This document shows, piece by piece, positions 49,518 to 63,852 of a stretch of DNA of 64,000 bases. The translations under genes and the position numbers were made by a program. Origin of the DNA: Glaucostegus cemiculus (lineage: Eukaryota). How positions within the stretch are numbered: position 1 is the first letter of the stretch; each line of letters opens with the position of its first letter. Location of the stretch: assembly GCA_976551045.1 (NCBI GenBank), contig CDPCPM010000005.1, positions 7,564,001 to 7,628,000 on the forward strand, read 5' to 3'. Under the pieces are notes generated by a model that was not told the DNA's origin, searched no databases, and saw nothing but the letters and a program-made list of their open reading frames with translations.

Positions 49518-51777
49518 CTATTAATAGTAAAACATTTGGAAATTTGAGAACTCTGTTTGATTTCAAGAAGCAATCTCTTCAAATCCACTTTAACAATTGT
49601 GAAATTTATAATTTTAGAGAAAAGAAACAAGAAAATTATGCAATATCAACCAGGAAATGACCTATGAAACCACCTTTCAATTGGTCTGGTGGGGGTCGTG
49701 GTTTCAAATAGAAACCAAATGCAAGATCAGGTTCAACTGGTTTTGATACAAATTTGCAGAACTGGTGACCTTGGAACTCACTCCCACACATGGCATATGA
49801 CAAACTGCTTTGTTAAGGATTCTACAGTCCATGCTGGCAAGGGTTCAGCTGGCGATGTATCACGCACAATGGCTTTTTAGAAAATTTGCATTTAATCAGC
49901 ATTTTCACAACCTCATCACCCACTAGAAGCTAATGAAAATATGAGTAGAAACTATTGTAATGTGGCAGGCTATTTGCATGTGGCATGATCCAACAAACAG
50001 CTATTGGGATAAGAAGAGAAAATGCTGGAAATACTGAAGAAATAAACAGATGAAAGGTCTTCAATCCAAAATGTTTATGATTTTTTTCCACAAATACTGT
50101 CTGACCTGCTGAGTGGTACCAGCATATTTGTTTTTATTTCAGATTTCCAGGATCCATTGTTTTTGTTTATAACAAATAGGATAATAAGTTTCAATGGCAT
50201 GGGGGGGGGGTCGGGGAAAAAAACAAGGAAAATTCAACTCTTCCTTTTCAAAAACAGTGCTATGGAGTTATTTACATTAACCAAAGAGGACAAATACTTG
50301 CATAGGTGTAGAATAAGATAAGTAGTGACATTTGTTGATGTGCAAGTGCACAACTGTAATTCTATAATTGTAGAATAATTATTCCAAAAGGACTATGAAA
50401 CTATAGATCTCTTTCCCAAAAGAAGTTTATTATCTAGTCCGAATAGTACATGTTGGTATTCTGATGTTCTCACTCCCATTTTCAGTGGAAACGAACAAGT
50501 TAGAGAATCACATTTTCCTGCACATCAAGTTCAAGCTAGAACATCCTCTAATTCAGACTTGTGAATCCCAAGTCTTGCCAGCTATATTTGCCTCTCAAGA
50601 TCTGGATGACTTTTTTTGCCGTGTGCTCAGATCCTCCAGAATCCATAATGATTAATTTTACATGGAACAAATGATGCAGCTGTTAACTAGATTTATGGGA
50701 AGTAAAATAAACATTTGATTACACACTTTAAGTGATCACTGCTTGCTCTTTGAAAACATTTGAGCAGCTGTCACTCTTCCCTCAAAAACTGACCAAATAC
50801 CATGCCATCTCCAAATATCACTTTCAATATACATTCAAATACAAAAGTAATCACATTCAAGTTTTCTAAAACTACAACAAAATCAGGAGTACAGGATTTA
50901 GTAGATGATTCCCAAGTTGTTCATCAAGTGTGTAAAGTAAAACAAAAATCACTGAAAGCAGGTTTGTATTTGAATTAACCATTCTAAAGTCATATCTCCA
51001 TTCTTCCCCCACCCCTGCAGTGTGACATTTTGAGAAATTAAAAAAATACTGTTTGAATGAGACTTCTTACTGAAGTTATAGACAGATAAAGAGAGGACAG
51101 AATGTTCTATTCTGTAAAGAGTTTTCTCCTTTAATGCAAAATTAATGGTGTGAAGTGACATTCATATTCCACTTGAGATAAGCAGAATTAGTTTTTCATT
51201 TTTACTTTTGCACTGCAGTTTAGCATATTATACAGGTGTTGACTCTGCCAGCAATGCAGTTAATTGAAATATTCAGCTGGGCTTTTAACCCTTAGGAAGG
51301 GAATGTTTTCTGAAATCAGACTAATCCTCAATGCAAGAGGCAGTACAGTATGAGTGCACCAACATTTTATAAGCAGGCAGGATTCTTTTTCTATTCGGCT
51401 CAACATTGATCTTTTAACACATTTCACATGCATGTATTATTGTGATGCTTCAATTAACAGGGTAACAACAATTCCTGCAGTAAAACCTTTTGAGTCAAAT
51501 TATAATGCATTTAAAAACATCTCATTGATACCCATCTTATTTTCACACAATTTCTAGACCACACCCCCCTCCCATTCCTAAGGAATACATCACCAACCTT
51601 TCAGAAATTCAAGTACACCTCATCCATTACTACATCAAGCTCTTTGGTAACATCCTTAAATAAATCCTCTTTAAAAATTTTGGTGCTGTTGATTTAAGAT
51701 ACTATCCGAATCCTACATTGTGGGAGGTATTTGAAGCAGATGACCACAACCTCTGCTAACACCGATGAACACCATCA

Positions 51778-52089
<312 letters not shown>

Positions 52090-54573
52090 TTAAACTTGAT
52101 CATAAACCATTAATCCCAAAGCAAAGTGGTCACAATTATTGAAACACCATTAGTTATCCTAATGAAATTAACTGATTTGGGGGGTGGGGGAAGGAAGGAG
52201 AGCATGGAACTTGCATTCATAATTGCAAATTGCACTAGATAGCTTCATCCAGAAAACATGTGTCTTATACAGCGCAAATTGCATATTATAAATAACCACG
52301 GGATAAAGTTGGTGCCCATTGTGTGAAGCCATAATCTACAAAACCAAATAAGTGTAATGAATGGAACCAGCAAACACACAGTTAACGTCATGGCCGAAGC
52401 ATTTGCCATATTTACCTGTTTAAGGCTGACACAATGCATTGCAAGCAGGGTTGTCTTGTTCTTTTAGAAAAATAAACACTGCTTTAGGGCAATTAAAAAT
52501 TAGCCCTGCTGCAATATTGGTCTCCTTACTTTGAATAGCAAACAATTTTCCCCCCCAGAGGTTCAGGCTGGCAATATTCCTTAGATTGTACCAATTATTG
52601 CAGGAAATTCACTGCTGTACAGCAACACTTAAAAATCCTTGGAAATGAAGCCAAATCAGCAGTGGGGAACTCCCTGCACCTATTACAGCACCTGATAGCA
52701 TCAACGACAAAACAGATTATAATAAATGACAAAACAAATGATACTTTGGTATACCGAAGTACCATTTTAAAATGAAAGGCAACCTTCCACTAAGATATTA
52801 AGACTATAAACCTGGAAAGTCAATATATTATTTTGCTAATTCTAATCAAAATTAGTTTCTTTATAAACTGATGACATCCTTCTATGCTGCACTACGTATT
52901 AAATACTTAAGCTGACTGGACATCACTAGTTGTAAGCAGGAACAGGTTGATAACTACCTAGTCCTTTTATTGATTAGGGGTAAAGACTGGGTCAGGACAG
53001 CAGGGATAACCCTTTTGCTCTGCTTTAGAAAAGTGCCACTGAATCTTTGATATTAACCATAGTACAGCATTGGCTCAAGTTTCAAAGTGAGAAAGTATGC
53101 TCCCAAATAGATCTTTGGCTGTTGACTCCAACTCCATTTTCAGAAATGCATTCTTCTTGCCCTTTGCAAAAGATGCCCAGTACAATTTGTTGCCTTCTTC
53201 TGCTGAACTCAATTTGATTGGCAGAAACAACCAAGAATAAAAAGTTTCTCACTGTAATTTATTTTTAGTGTTTCCCCGGTGTTGAAATACAGCATTTCAC
53301 ACTTAGCATTCCATTTCAGCAAACAAAAACACAGCAGCCATAAAAATAAAGCATTCACAAAAGCTTTAACAAAAAATGTGGTCCTCTCCATCTTCCCATT
53401 AACATGCATCCAGAACAGATCAAGGAACACTGGGGTATTTGCTGAGTGAATAAGTACTGAAGTCGCAAGCATGACTCCATTGCTTATTTTTGTTAATCAG
53501 AAATTAATTTAATCACATCTGGACATACAAGCTCCTCTCATGAGGCCAGTGGTTACGGTAATGGACAATACAGCTTCATGAGAACCACCTCCAAGATTAA
53601 GTCCTATACACCCCCTCCTCCTTTGCACTGCCATATGTAGGAGACACACCAACCAGCCTCTAAACACCAGAATTACTTAATAAGTTCTGCTGCCTCACTA
53701 CATCTTCAAAAGAATTGCCCGACACTTTTCCCAAATTTTGGCTCTGTGCATTAATTCTCAACCTGCCACAGGATTGGGAACTGGGCATTATTTCTGGAAA
53801 TGGCACAATTCAGATCAACAGAAGGGAATGCTGAGCAGATCCTAGAATGGAAATGGCCTTCAATGTCAGTTTGTTGAAAATTACCACTCCCACCGTAGCC
53901 AGTTTCCTTTCATCAGAAAATGTGAGATGCTCTTAAAGTCTTCATACAAATTCAAGCTGCTGAAGTTGTCAATGGAACTGAGATGCCAAGAACAATTAAA
54001 AATTATTCTAGATACTTTAAGATTCACATTTTGCTTGGTCAGAATGGGCTTATTGTATCCAAACAGAAGTCCTTGAAATTAACTGACTGAAAACACACAC
54101 ATAGCTATGCTGTAACATTTTAATACTCTCATTGCATAACATGCCCACTTTTGAAGTTGCACAGTTCCACCAGGCTTCTATCTGTACAGATGCTGAACAA
54201 TCATTTGGAATATTTTGCTTATCCTGAATTATCTGATAAACTAAGAATGAGAGAAAGTTCATGTACTTATTTTTTTTTAAAATTATCCAAGAAACATACA
54301 AAAAAAAATCTCAATATGCAAAGTCAGATAAGGAGGTTGATACAGGTCAATGCACGGAGTATCAGCTTGCTGGCCTGAGGCTCCACCACAACGTGTGTAA
54401 CATAATACATTCCTCGCTAAGAAACTAGCATACAGGGAAATGGCTAGCACACTGGAGTTTCTAATGGAGACTGAAGCTGCCTAAAGGTAAATAGTTTTGA
54501 ACAGATAATTGAAATATCAGAATCAGCACTGTTTTGAACAAAATTCACACCAGATTAATAATGTACCATATCT

Positions 54574-55340
54574 TAGAGTCAGAGTTATACAGCACTGAAA
54601 TAGGCCCATCAGCCCAACTTGTCCTTGCCAACTGTGACGCATATCTACATTAATCCCATTTCTCCACATTAAGCTCACATCCCTCCACACCTTTCCTATC
54701 CTAGTACCCATCCAAATAGCTTTTAAACATTGTAATTTGTATTCAACTCTACCACTTCCTCTGGCAACTGGTTCCATATAACCACCACACACTGCATGAA
54801 AAATTTGCTCCTCAGATTTCCTTCAAATTTCTCTTCAAAGTAAACCTATGCCTTCTAGTCAACGATTCCCCCACACCTGGGGTGAGGAAAAGACTATCTA
54901 CCCTATCAATGTTCCTCAATTTCTATAAACCTCCAAGGTCACCCCTCAATCTCTTACGTTCCAGTAACAAGACCCAGCCTATTCAATTTCTCCTCACTAT
55001 TCCAGGCAATACCCTGGTGAATCTCTTCTGCATTCTTTCTAATGCTACCACATCCTACTTGTGGTATGGTGACCAGAACTGTATGCAATGCTCCAAGTGT
55101 TCCCAAGAGTACTCGACAAACAATAATGTTCCCAGCACAGATTCCTGCAGTACACCATTAGTTACAGACTTCCCGTCAGAAAAAACATTCCGACAATTAA
55201 CTTTTGCTTCCTCCTGTCAAGCCAATTTTGGATTCAGTTTGCCAACACATCTTGGATCTAATGTGCCTCATCCTTCTGGACCAACCTTCTTTGTGTGAAC
55301 TTTCTCAAAAGCTTTGTTAAAGTTGATGTAAAGCAAATTT
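54574..55340 (-). mobile_element. CR1 LINE 3' fragment
   Basis: Reverse tail agagttatacagcactgaaataggcccatcagccc; collinear with 44606-45300 and 57030 onward. Confidence 0.8.
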
Positions 55341-56459
55341 TCTACCTTGCCTTCTTTTGGACAATCTACAAATTAGGATCTGAAAATTGAATGTGCTCTC
55401 AGATACAATCAGAGTTGCACTTTACAGGCTCATTGAACTGTGGTAACCCACTGTATATCCCCAGTAGTTTTCCACACTTGCTGCTATGGTGTGAAACAGT
55501 AATATAGGGAAATCAGATGTGCTTGTTGTTTTCTTAAGGAATGAGCTAAATGAACAGTTAAACTAAATACCCTTTTGCCCCTTTTTCTTCCCCAAAAGTG
55601 GATTCCAACCCCAAAATGACACCACCAGCAGGGTGATGTTACCACCAGATGTGTGACCTGGTTTGCATACCTTATTTCAAACAGCATCTTCAACTTCATT
55701 GCAAAGCAGGTCCCACTTCCCAGCATTACTGAAGATAATATAGTAAGCAGGGCTCAAAGAATCATGAATAAGTGAAAACAAGGCCATTTGGCCCACTGAA
55801 ACCATCAGCCTTTCAGTAGAACAAGCCAACTACTGCCATTTCCGCACTTCAAGATATTTCCCCCTCCCTCCAATGAAGCACTTACCCAATTCCCCTTTAC
55901 AAGTCTTCAAGGGCTTGCATTCCAAGTCAAAATGTGCTGTGCAATTAAGATATTTCATTACTGCTGCCTCTGGTTCTTTTGTCAATCATCTTACACTGGT
56001 GTCTGCGAGTTACAGACATTTCTGCCACTGGAAACAGATTCTCATTTACAACAAATCATTCAGGTTTCAACAACACTCAAATCCTTATCCTCCCCTACAG
56101 CATGGAAGAAAACCTGCAGCTGCTTCACATGACTGATGTCCATCGTTCCGAGTATTATTCCAGTTAAACTCTTCTAAAACATGTCAAGAACTTTGAAACG
56201 ATAAGTGTGATGCCCAGAACAGAATACTCCAGCCAAGGCTTATTGTGTTGCGGACAGAGCAACTTCCTTTTGTAATTTAGGCCTCTATTGATAAAGGATA
56301 CCCACATGCCAAGGTTAATGAAATATCTTCCCAAACCTTTAAAATGTTACCATTTAGTCTCCATTACCTCACCATTCTGCTTGTCAAAATATATTACTTT
56401 GCACCTTGACAAGTTAAATTTCGTCTGCCACAGATCTGCTCATTTTACCAGTCACCAAC

Positions 56460-56705
56460 TAAAGCAGAAAATGTTGGAAACAGTCAGCAGGTCAAGCAGC
56501 TGAGTGTAAGGAGGAACAGGTTTCAAGTTTTAGGTCAAATATCTTTTTTCAGAACTGGGTTAAGTAAAAACAAGCGGCAACAATATTGTTTCTCTTTCCT
56601 GGTTCTGAGAAACGATCTTCAATTTGAAATGTTAACTGTGTTTCTCTTTCCATAGATGCTGACTGACCTTCTGAGTGGTTCCAACATCCCCTGTAGTTAT
56701 CTCAA
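56460..56705. mobile_element. Head-to-head pair of old Penelope-like terminal fragments
   Basis: gttggaaacagtcagcaggtcaagcagc...ttcagaactgg (minus arm) and ggttctgagaaacgatcttc...agatgctgactgaccttctgagtggttccaac (plus arm). Confidence 0.55.
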
Positions 56706-56761
56706 ACTTCCAGTTAGCTACATAGTACCATTATCTAGCATATCAGCTATGCAAGGATAAA

Positions 56762-56989
56762 TGGAGATGCAAGACACTACAGATGCTGGAATCTGGAGCA
56801 GCAAACAATCTGCTGGAAGAACTCAAGCAGGTCAAGCAACATTTGTGGGAGGAAAGGAGTTGTTGACTTTTCAGGTCTAAACCCTGAATCAGGACCCGAT
56901 GTAGGGTTTTGGCCCAAAATGTTGACAATTCCTTTCCTCCCACAGACGCTACTTGACCTGCTGAGTTCTTCCAGCAGATTGTTTGTTGC
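56762..56989. mobile_element. Palindromic Penelope-type short element with a 13-bp TSD
   Basis: Arms of about 95 bp (about 56798-56893 and 56895-56989) are inverted copies; TSD atgcaaggataaa at 56749-56761 and 56990-57002. Confidence 0.8.
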
Positions 56990-57029
56990 ATGCAAGGATA
57001 AAAGTCTTCTTAAATAGAGAGATTCAGAG

Positions 57030-58620
57030 AAATATAGCACAGATGCAGGCCATTTGGCCCATTGAGTTCATGCCGACCATGTTGTCCACCCAGCTTGTCC
57101 CAATTTCCTGCATTCAGCACATATCCCTCCAGGCCCTTCCCTGCATGCACCTATCCAAGTGCTTCTTAAATGATACTATTGTACCTGTCTCAACCACTTC
57201 CTCTGGCAACTCGTTCCAAATACACACTACCCTCTGCATGGAAAAGTTACCCCTCAGGTCCTCTTTAAATTTTTCCCCTCTCACCCTAAATCTATGCCCC
57301 CCCCCCACCCTAAGGAAAAGACTGTTACCATCCACCTCATCAATGCCTTTCATAATTTTAAACACTAAGGTCATCCCTCATTCTCCTACATTCCAAGGAA
57401 TAAAAACCTAGCCAGGCCAACCTCTCCCTATAACTCAAGCCCTCTAGTCCTGGCAACATCCTCGTAAATCTTTTCTGCATTTTTCCCCCAGTTTAACCAC
57501 ATCTTTCCTACAACAGGGTGACCAAAATTGTACACAGTACCAGGTGCAGTCTCACCAATGTCTTGTACAACTGCAACATACCATCCCAACTTCTATGCTC
57601 AATGCCCTGATTGATGAAGGCCAGCATGTTAAACTCTTTTCACCACCCTGACAACCTGTGATGCTGCTTTCAATGACACATGCACTTGCACTCCTAGGTA
57701 CCTCTGTTCCATTACACTCCCCATTGCCCTACTATTCATAGTACAAATCCTACTCTGGTTCGACTTTCCAAGATTCCCTGTAATCTACAATAACCTTCTT
57801 CAATATCAACAACACCTCCTAATTTTGTGTCATCTGTGAAGCCTTGTGCATTTGTATCCAAATCATTTATATAAATAATGAACAACAAGGGTCCCAGTAC
57901 TGACCCCTGCAGCACTCCGCTGGACACCAACCTCCATTCCAAGAAACAACGTCAACCACTACCCTCTGCTTCCTACCTTCGAGCCAATTTTGAATCCACC
58001 TAACTAGATCTCCCTGGATTTCATGGGACCTAACCTTCTAGACCAGATTGCCATGCAGGACCTTGTTGATGGCCTTGTTGTTTCTGTTATGCCTATAACA
58101 TCCTAGTCCTCACACCAATCCACTGAGTTTGTCCACCTTGCCTGTTCAACCTCATGCACGGAAATAAATGCAGTTTAACTGGGTATTCCCTTTTCCTGCC
58201 TTTACTGTGCTCTGATTATCCTGATTACTAAACTTGCTCTCGCTGGCTACTACTTTATCCCATGACTTGCTCCTGTTCAGGGTTCCACCCCCTGCCAATC
58301 TAGTTCAAACCCTCCCATGTAGCATCAGCACACTTCCCTGCAAGGGTATGGTCCCTCTGTGGTTCAAGTGCAATCTACCCCTCTTGTACAGATCACCCCT
58401 ACCCCAGAAGAAATCCCAGTGATCCAAGAACCTGAACCTCTGCCCCAGCTACTCAGCCAAACATTCATTTAGCCTCTCTTTCTATTTTTGACCTCACCAG
58501 CCCATGGCACCAGTGGTAATCCGGAGATCACTACCCTCAAGGTCCTGCTTCTCAACTTCTTACCCAACTCCCTACACTCATTCTGCATGACCTCATCACT
58601 TGTTCTACCTACACCAACTA
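57030..58620 (-). mobile_element. CR1 LINE, internally deleted (ORF1 end joined to RT and 3' end)
   Basis: Minus strand: FRFLDHWDFFWGRGDLYKRGRLHLN (ORF1 C-terminus), WRLVSSGVLQGSVLGPLLFIIYINDLD, FSMQRVVCIWNELP. Confidence 0.85.
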
Positions 58621-58945
58621 ATGGCATAGTGCTCTTATTCACTACTAGAATGCATCATGTGGTCTGGGTGAAAATATACTTTCAAATCTTTGCACTATTG
58701 TAAGAGGTGTTAAGGATCCAGCTAAAGGCCACATCAAGTTCTCGCTATAATTTAGTCTGCAGTGAAGGGACTAGAAGCAATGGCTAAAAATCCAGTTGGG
58801 TAGCTGGTGGCATTTGACAATTGAGGTAGTAGAGTTACTATGTGCCTATTTTGACACTACTATTTCAAGTGAACCACTAATAGCTGCAGATGTTAAATGT
58901 TAATCTTGTGTGTGTGGATCCATTAGCATCTGCATGCCAGCTTCA

Positions 58946-59119
<174 letters not shown>

Positions 59120-59400
59120 CTACAAAAAAAAAAAGGAATATGAAACATTTAAAGTTTTATGTGCAATGAGGGGGTGGGGGAGGAAGAGAAAAAAATAAAG
59201 GAGCATGTTTAAGTAACTATAATGCCTAGGAGCTTATCACATCAGTTCCTGATTGGATCACAACGTCCTCCACGTATGTTTAACAGTTCCAGTTTCTACA
59301 AAGCAGCCCCACATACAGCAGTAGAGTAAATTACTGGATCCTCACCAAGCTGACATTGCAAGATAACAATAATGTGAAGTACTACCAGCTGCAAATATTA

Positions 59401-59583
<183 letters not shown>

Positions 59584-60596
59584 TTAGCAATAAGTCAATG
59601 GAATAAGGTCTAAATAACTAAACAAGTTACATTATTTTTAGAGATGCCAATTTTCCACAAGAAACCCACATAGTTAGTCCTTTATCCAGAACAAGACAGA
59701 ATTCTATGAAAAAAGCTGCCATCCAGTTTAAGAGTGCACAAAATTATTAGTCGTTATTAGTCTCTTTACTCTTCTAATCCACTCCTGGTATTAATTTGCA
59801 AGGCAAAACTAAACATATCAGAAAACATGAACAGGGAAGTGCTAAGCAACACAAAAGCTTTCTGTTCAATTACATTTGGATATCCTGATGCACTAAATTA
59901 CAGAAGTAGCATTTGTTCCCCCAAAAATTGAATAAGGAATATTAAAAATTCTTTTAAGTACCAAGCCTCCATACTTCCTTTGGGACTAAACTGTAACAAA
60001 TGATTGCAAAAATTGATTTTCCCATTATAAATTGTTTAATTTGAGGTGCAAATCATGAACTCTAGCTGTCAAATTAGTATATTTTAGTTGTTCACACACT
60101 CCCGAAAAACAAAATGGTTAAGCATGCATTCCAGAACAATTTGAGTTAGGTCACAGTTTGAGCAGGTTAGAGGTGGTGGTCTATCCTCAAAATCTAACAG
60201 CCTGGATTAAAGCAATTTTGAATTCTACACTGATAAATTGAAGATAAAAAAATTCTTTGTTAAATTAAAATGATAGGCACACCAAGTTTTGATGTAAGCA
60301 GAAGCTCTTTGGGAGAATGGAACTACCTTTTGGGAAGTGTACTGAAAACTTGTCGCATACACAGAAAAGATGGCATGAGATTCAGGGACAGGGTGGGAAA
60401 GGACACCGCAGTGGGGGAGGGAAAGAGAACAGGGAAGTGTTAAGGATTTTCAAACAACAATGATCAATTGGCCGATCCATCAAACATCCCTCTCACCCCA
60501 GCATAACCCACCTTTTGCTTCACAGCACCTGCCAAGCCCATCCCCATTCACTCCTGCAATTTACTTGTTTCCATGTTGTCTGTGAATTCAAGTTAT

Positions 60597-60893
60597 GGGC
60601 GGGCACTGTAATGTAGTGGTTAGCGTAACACTTTACAGTGCCAGTGAACTGGGTTCATTTCCAGCTGTGGTCTGTAAGGAGTTTTTACATTCTCCCCATG
60701 TCTGTGTGGATTTCCTCTGGGTGCTCTGGTTTCCTCAAACATTCCAAATACATATGGGTTGGGAAGTTATGGGCGTGCTATGTTGGTGCTGGAAGCGTGG
60801 CGACAGTTGCGGGCTGCCCCCAAAAACACACTCGGCAAAAGATGCATTTCACTGTGTGTTTAGATGTACATATGACTAATAAAGATATCTTAT
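60597..60893 (+). mobile_element. V-SINE family A, full length (CNKSR3 intron)
   Basis: gggcgggcactgtaatgtagtggttagc head, V core, tail tatgactaataaagatatcttat. Confidence 0.9.
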
Positions 60894-61830
60894 ATTTCAG
60901 TAATGGCCATTTCCCAATAACTTGTAGTTAAAGCAGCTTTTGATTTAACACAGTAAATAATATCCATCAAATCCCTGCACGAAAGCGGAACTGAGCTGTG
61001 AGGGCACATTTCAGGAACACATTTGCCACTTCGCTTGTGTATTTGAGCAATAGAAGGAATGCCAATGAGAGGATTTAATGTCCACACTAACCAACTCCAG
61101 AGAAATTCAACCATCAATAAATTACAAGTAAATCAGGAAGAGAACCTCTGTTCTCATTGCTTCCTCATTTGGCAAAAGCAAGGAGGACAAACTTAGTAAT
61201 TTAAACATAGCTCTGACAAAGATCAGATAGTCACCCTTGGCTCATCTATGTCTGTTACACAAGGCATTGCATTCACATATCAAGTAGGTAGTATCAGTTT
61301 TTTGTAAGATACAAATTAAATCAGATATTTCAATGCCAATGCCAAAAACATCAGAATGCAACTTTCCACCCCTGATGCACATCGGTTGCTTCAAAATATA
61401 AGAGCAACCTCTTCCATCACTGAGATTGAACTAGACACCGATCATTCCAGCCTTGTCCTCCAGTAACCACTAAGACGACACAAGTCTCTGAAAACCTGGT
61501 CTTCGCCAATATTTGAGAAAATTGTGTACAAAAAAAACAATGGTTTTTTGTGTAATCCTGCACAAAACAAGATCTGTAGGCAGTAAATGACTCTTATTTA
61601 ACTCGCCTAGTCACTCACTATACTAAACAGAAAACTTGTATTCTGGTGACACTGAAATGTCATGCAACCACAAAGGAGACTTGTGCTTTGGAACTCACTG
61701 CTTTATCCTTATCCAGGTAAGAAAATATTACACCCCTGAATTGTTCAGACAGTAAAGTTTCTTTTAGCTCAGTTGATATACCAAGAATACAGGAGCAAGC
61801 TTAAAATGCACATCCATTCAGCTATATTCA

Positions 61831-61938
<108 letters not shown>

Positions 61939-62085
61939 CTAAAACAGAATGGAAACGATTAAAAATCTAATCATGACTGCCTCCTTGATGCAGTGAGTTA
62001 CTCCTTACACACAAAAAAACCGCAAGGACCATCAGCATGCCAGAGTACTCGCCATTTTCTTGCTTCAATCACCTTGAAATTCAGT

Positions 62086-62154
62086 TCATTCTATCTCAAA
62101 GCTATACATTGTACATTTAATGAATGTACAAAGTACAGCTTTGAGACAGAATGA
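62086..62154. repeat. Short inverted repeat (32-bp arms, 5-nt loop)
   Basis: tcattctatctcaaagctatacattgtacatt-taatg-aatgtacaaagtacagctttgagacagaatga; 3 mismatches. Confidence 0.9.
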
Positions 62155-62369
62155 CACTAACCAGATGGTAACTAGTTAAAACTATTCCATTAATGCCTTT
62201 TCTGTGTTAAGACACTGGATACCTGGCACACATCCAAGGTTGAAGAATACATAAGTATTCTGACCTTTACCTCAGATATACGCCTTTTGGGTATGTGGGT
62301 GAAATGCCTCAAACTTTAGACCTATTAACACATTCATGATCTCTGTCAAAAAGACTAAAATCAGTCTTA

Positions 62370-62468
<99 letters not shown>

Positions 62469-62789
62469 CTAGAAAAATAAAAGGAAAAGTCAATTAGAAA
62501 GAATAAAAACCAACAAAGCCATTGCAGCATGATATCATCCAATTAACTCACTCAAATGTTGCAGCTCTGAAGCCTACATTCTGTATTTGAAGCATTGAGG
62601 GATTAAAAATCAAGGGCAAAATTTGTTTCAGGAAAGGGAGGGAATAGAATAACAGGATGAGCTAGTATAAACAGACAAGACTTGCTTGCATTAGTTTCAA
62701 CAGTATACCATGCATCTGCATGAACATGGGTTCATACAGTCAGGACCTCCATTTAAAAAAAACAGCAAATTTAATAATACTTGTTTATA

Positions 62790-63135
62790 TACATTTGTCT
62801 GGATGACTGCGGCTCTAATAACACTCAAACAGCTCAACACAACATCCAGGACAAAGACGACTACTTGATTGGCACCCTATCCACCACCTAAAATATTCAC
62901 TCCCCAAGCACTGCAGCTCCACTATTTTACAAAATGTACCGTAGACACTCACCTAGGTTACTCTAGCAGCCCCTTCCAGATCCATAACCTCTACTTCCAA
63001 GATGGACAGCAAGTGAAGGAAACACCAGAATCAATACATTCCTCTTCAAAGCACACACATCACCTTTACTTGGAAGAGTATTGTGATACACCATCGTTGC
63101 TAGTTGTATAACCTCTCCCTGCAGTTCCAGACAAC
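62790..63135 (+). mobile_element. Old CR1-group LINE 3' fragment
   Basis: Reverse-complement similarity to about 28100-28360 (catccaggacaaag...ttgattggcacc). Confidence 0.6.
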
Positions 63136-63744
63136 TCATGATCACCAGCTCAACAGAAGGATAGGCAAGTACATGCCATTATACCTACTTTCTCCGATAA
63201 ACCTCATTTACCCAATTCCACTCCCTTTCTGCAAAAGAATTAAATATACTATGATTAGATTCTTTCTGCATGTCAATTTTATTTTGTCCATTTCACATAC
63301 CTCATCCAGTCTGCTAGATTTGAAGTTTACCTTGCAATTGTGCAATTCTTAATTTTTTTTTACTATGTTGCCCTTATCTCATTGACTACAATTGCCTAAC
63401 TGCACAAGTTGAAATTTTGCTTCGAGTTAGGTACTTTTCTCTACCTTATCAAAAACCTCCTTCAAGGTGCTTATAATGGACAAATGTAATCCATTGTGAT
63501 TTTTGTTTCTCCATCTCAAACTCATTTTCAAATATATCATTAAGATGCCACTTGCACTTCATTCTCCATGTCAGACTGTTAACCATTTCTGACTTATTAC
63601 AAAATCTATTGCGGCTTTGTCTCTTTTTGGTTCCAAACCAAACTATTACAGTAAATAGCCCTGGATAATCCAATTATAAATCTTAAGGTTAGTCACAGTT
63701 GGAATACCAGAGATTTAGTTTTGCTTTCTGCTTAGATCTTAACC

Positions 63745-63842
63745 CCAATCCTGATGCATGATCTCGACCTGAAACGTCAACCACCCCTATGCCGCTACAG
63801 ATGCTGCTTGACCTGTTGAGTTCTTCCAATGGTTTGTTCTTT
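63745..63842 (+). mobile_element. Penelope-like terminal fragment
   Basis: cctgatgcatgatctcgacctgaaacgtcaac...agatgctgcttgacctgttgagttcttcca. Confidence 0.55.
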
Positions 63843-63852
63843 GGCAAATTTG

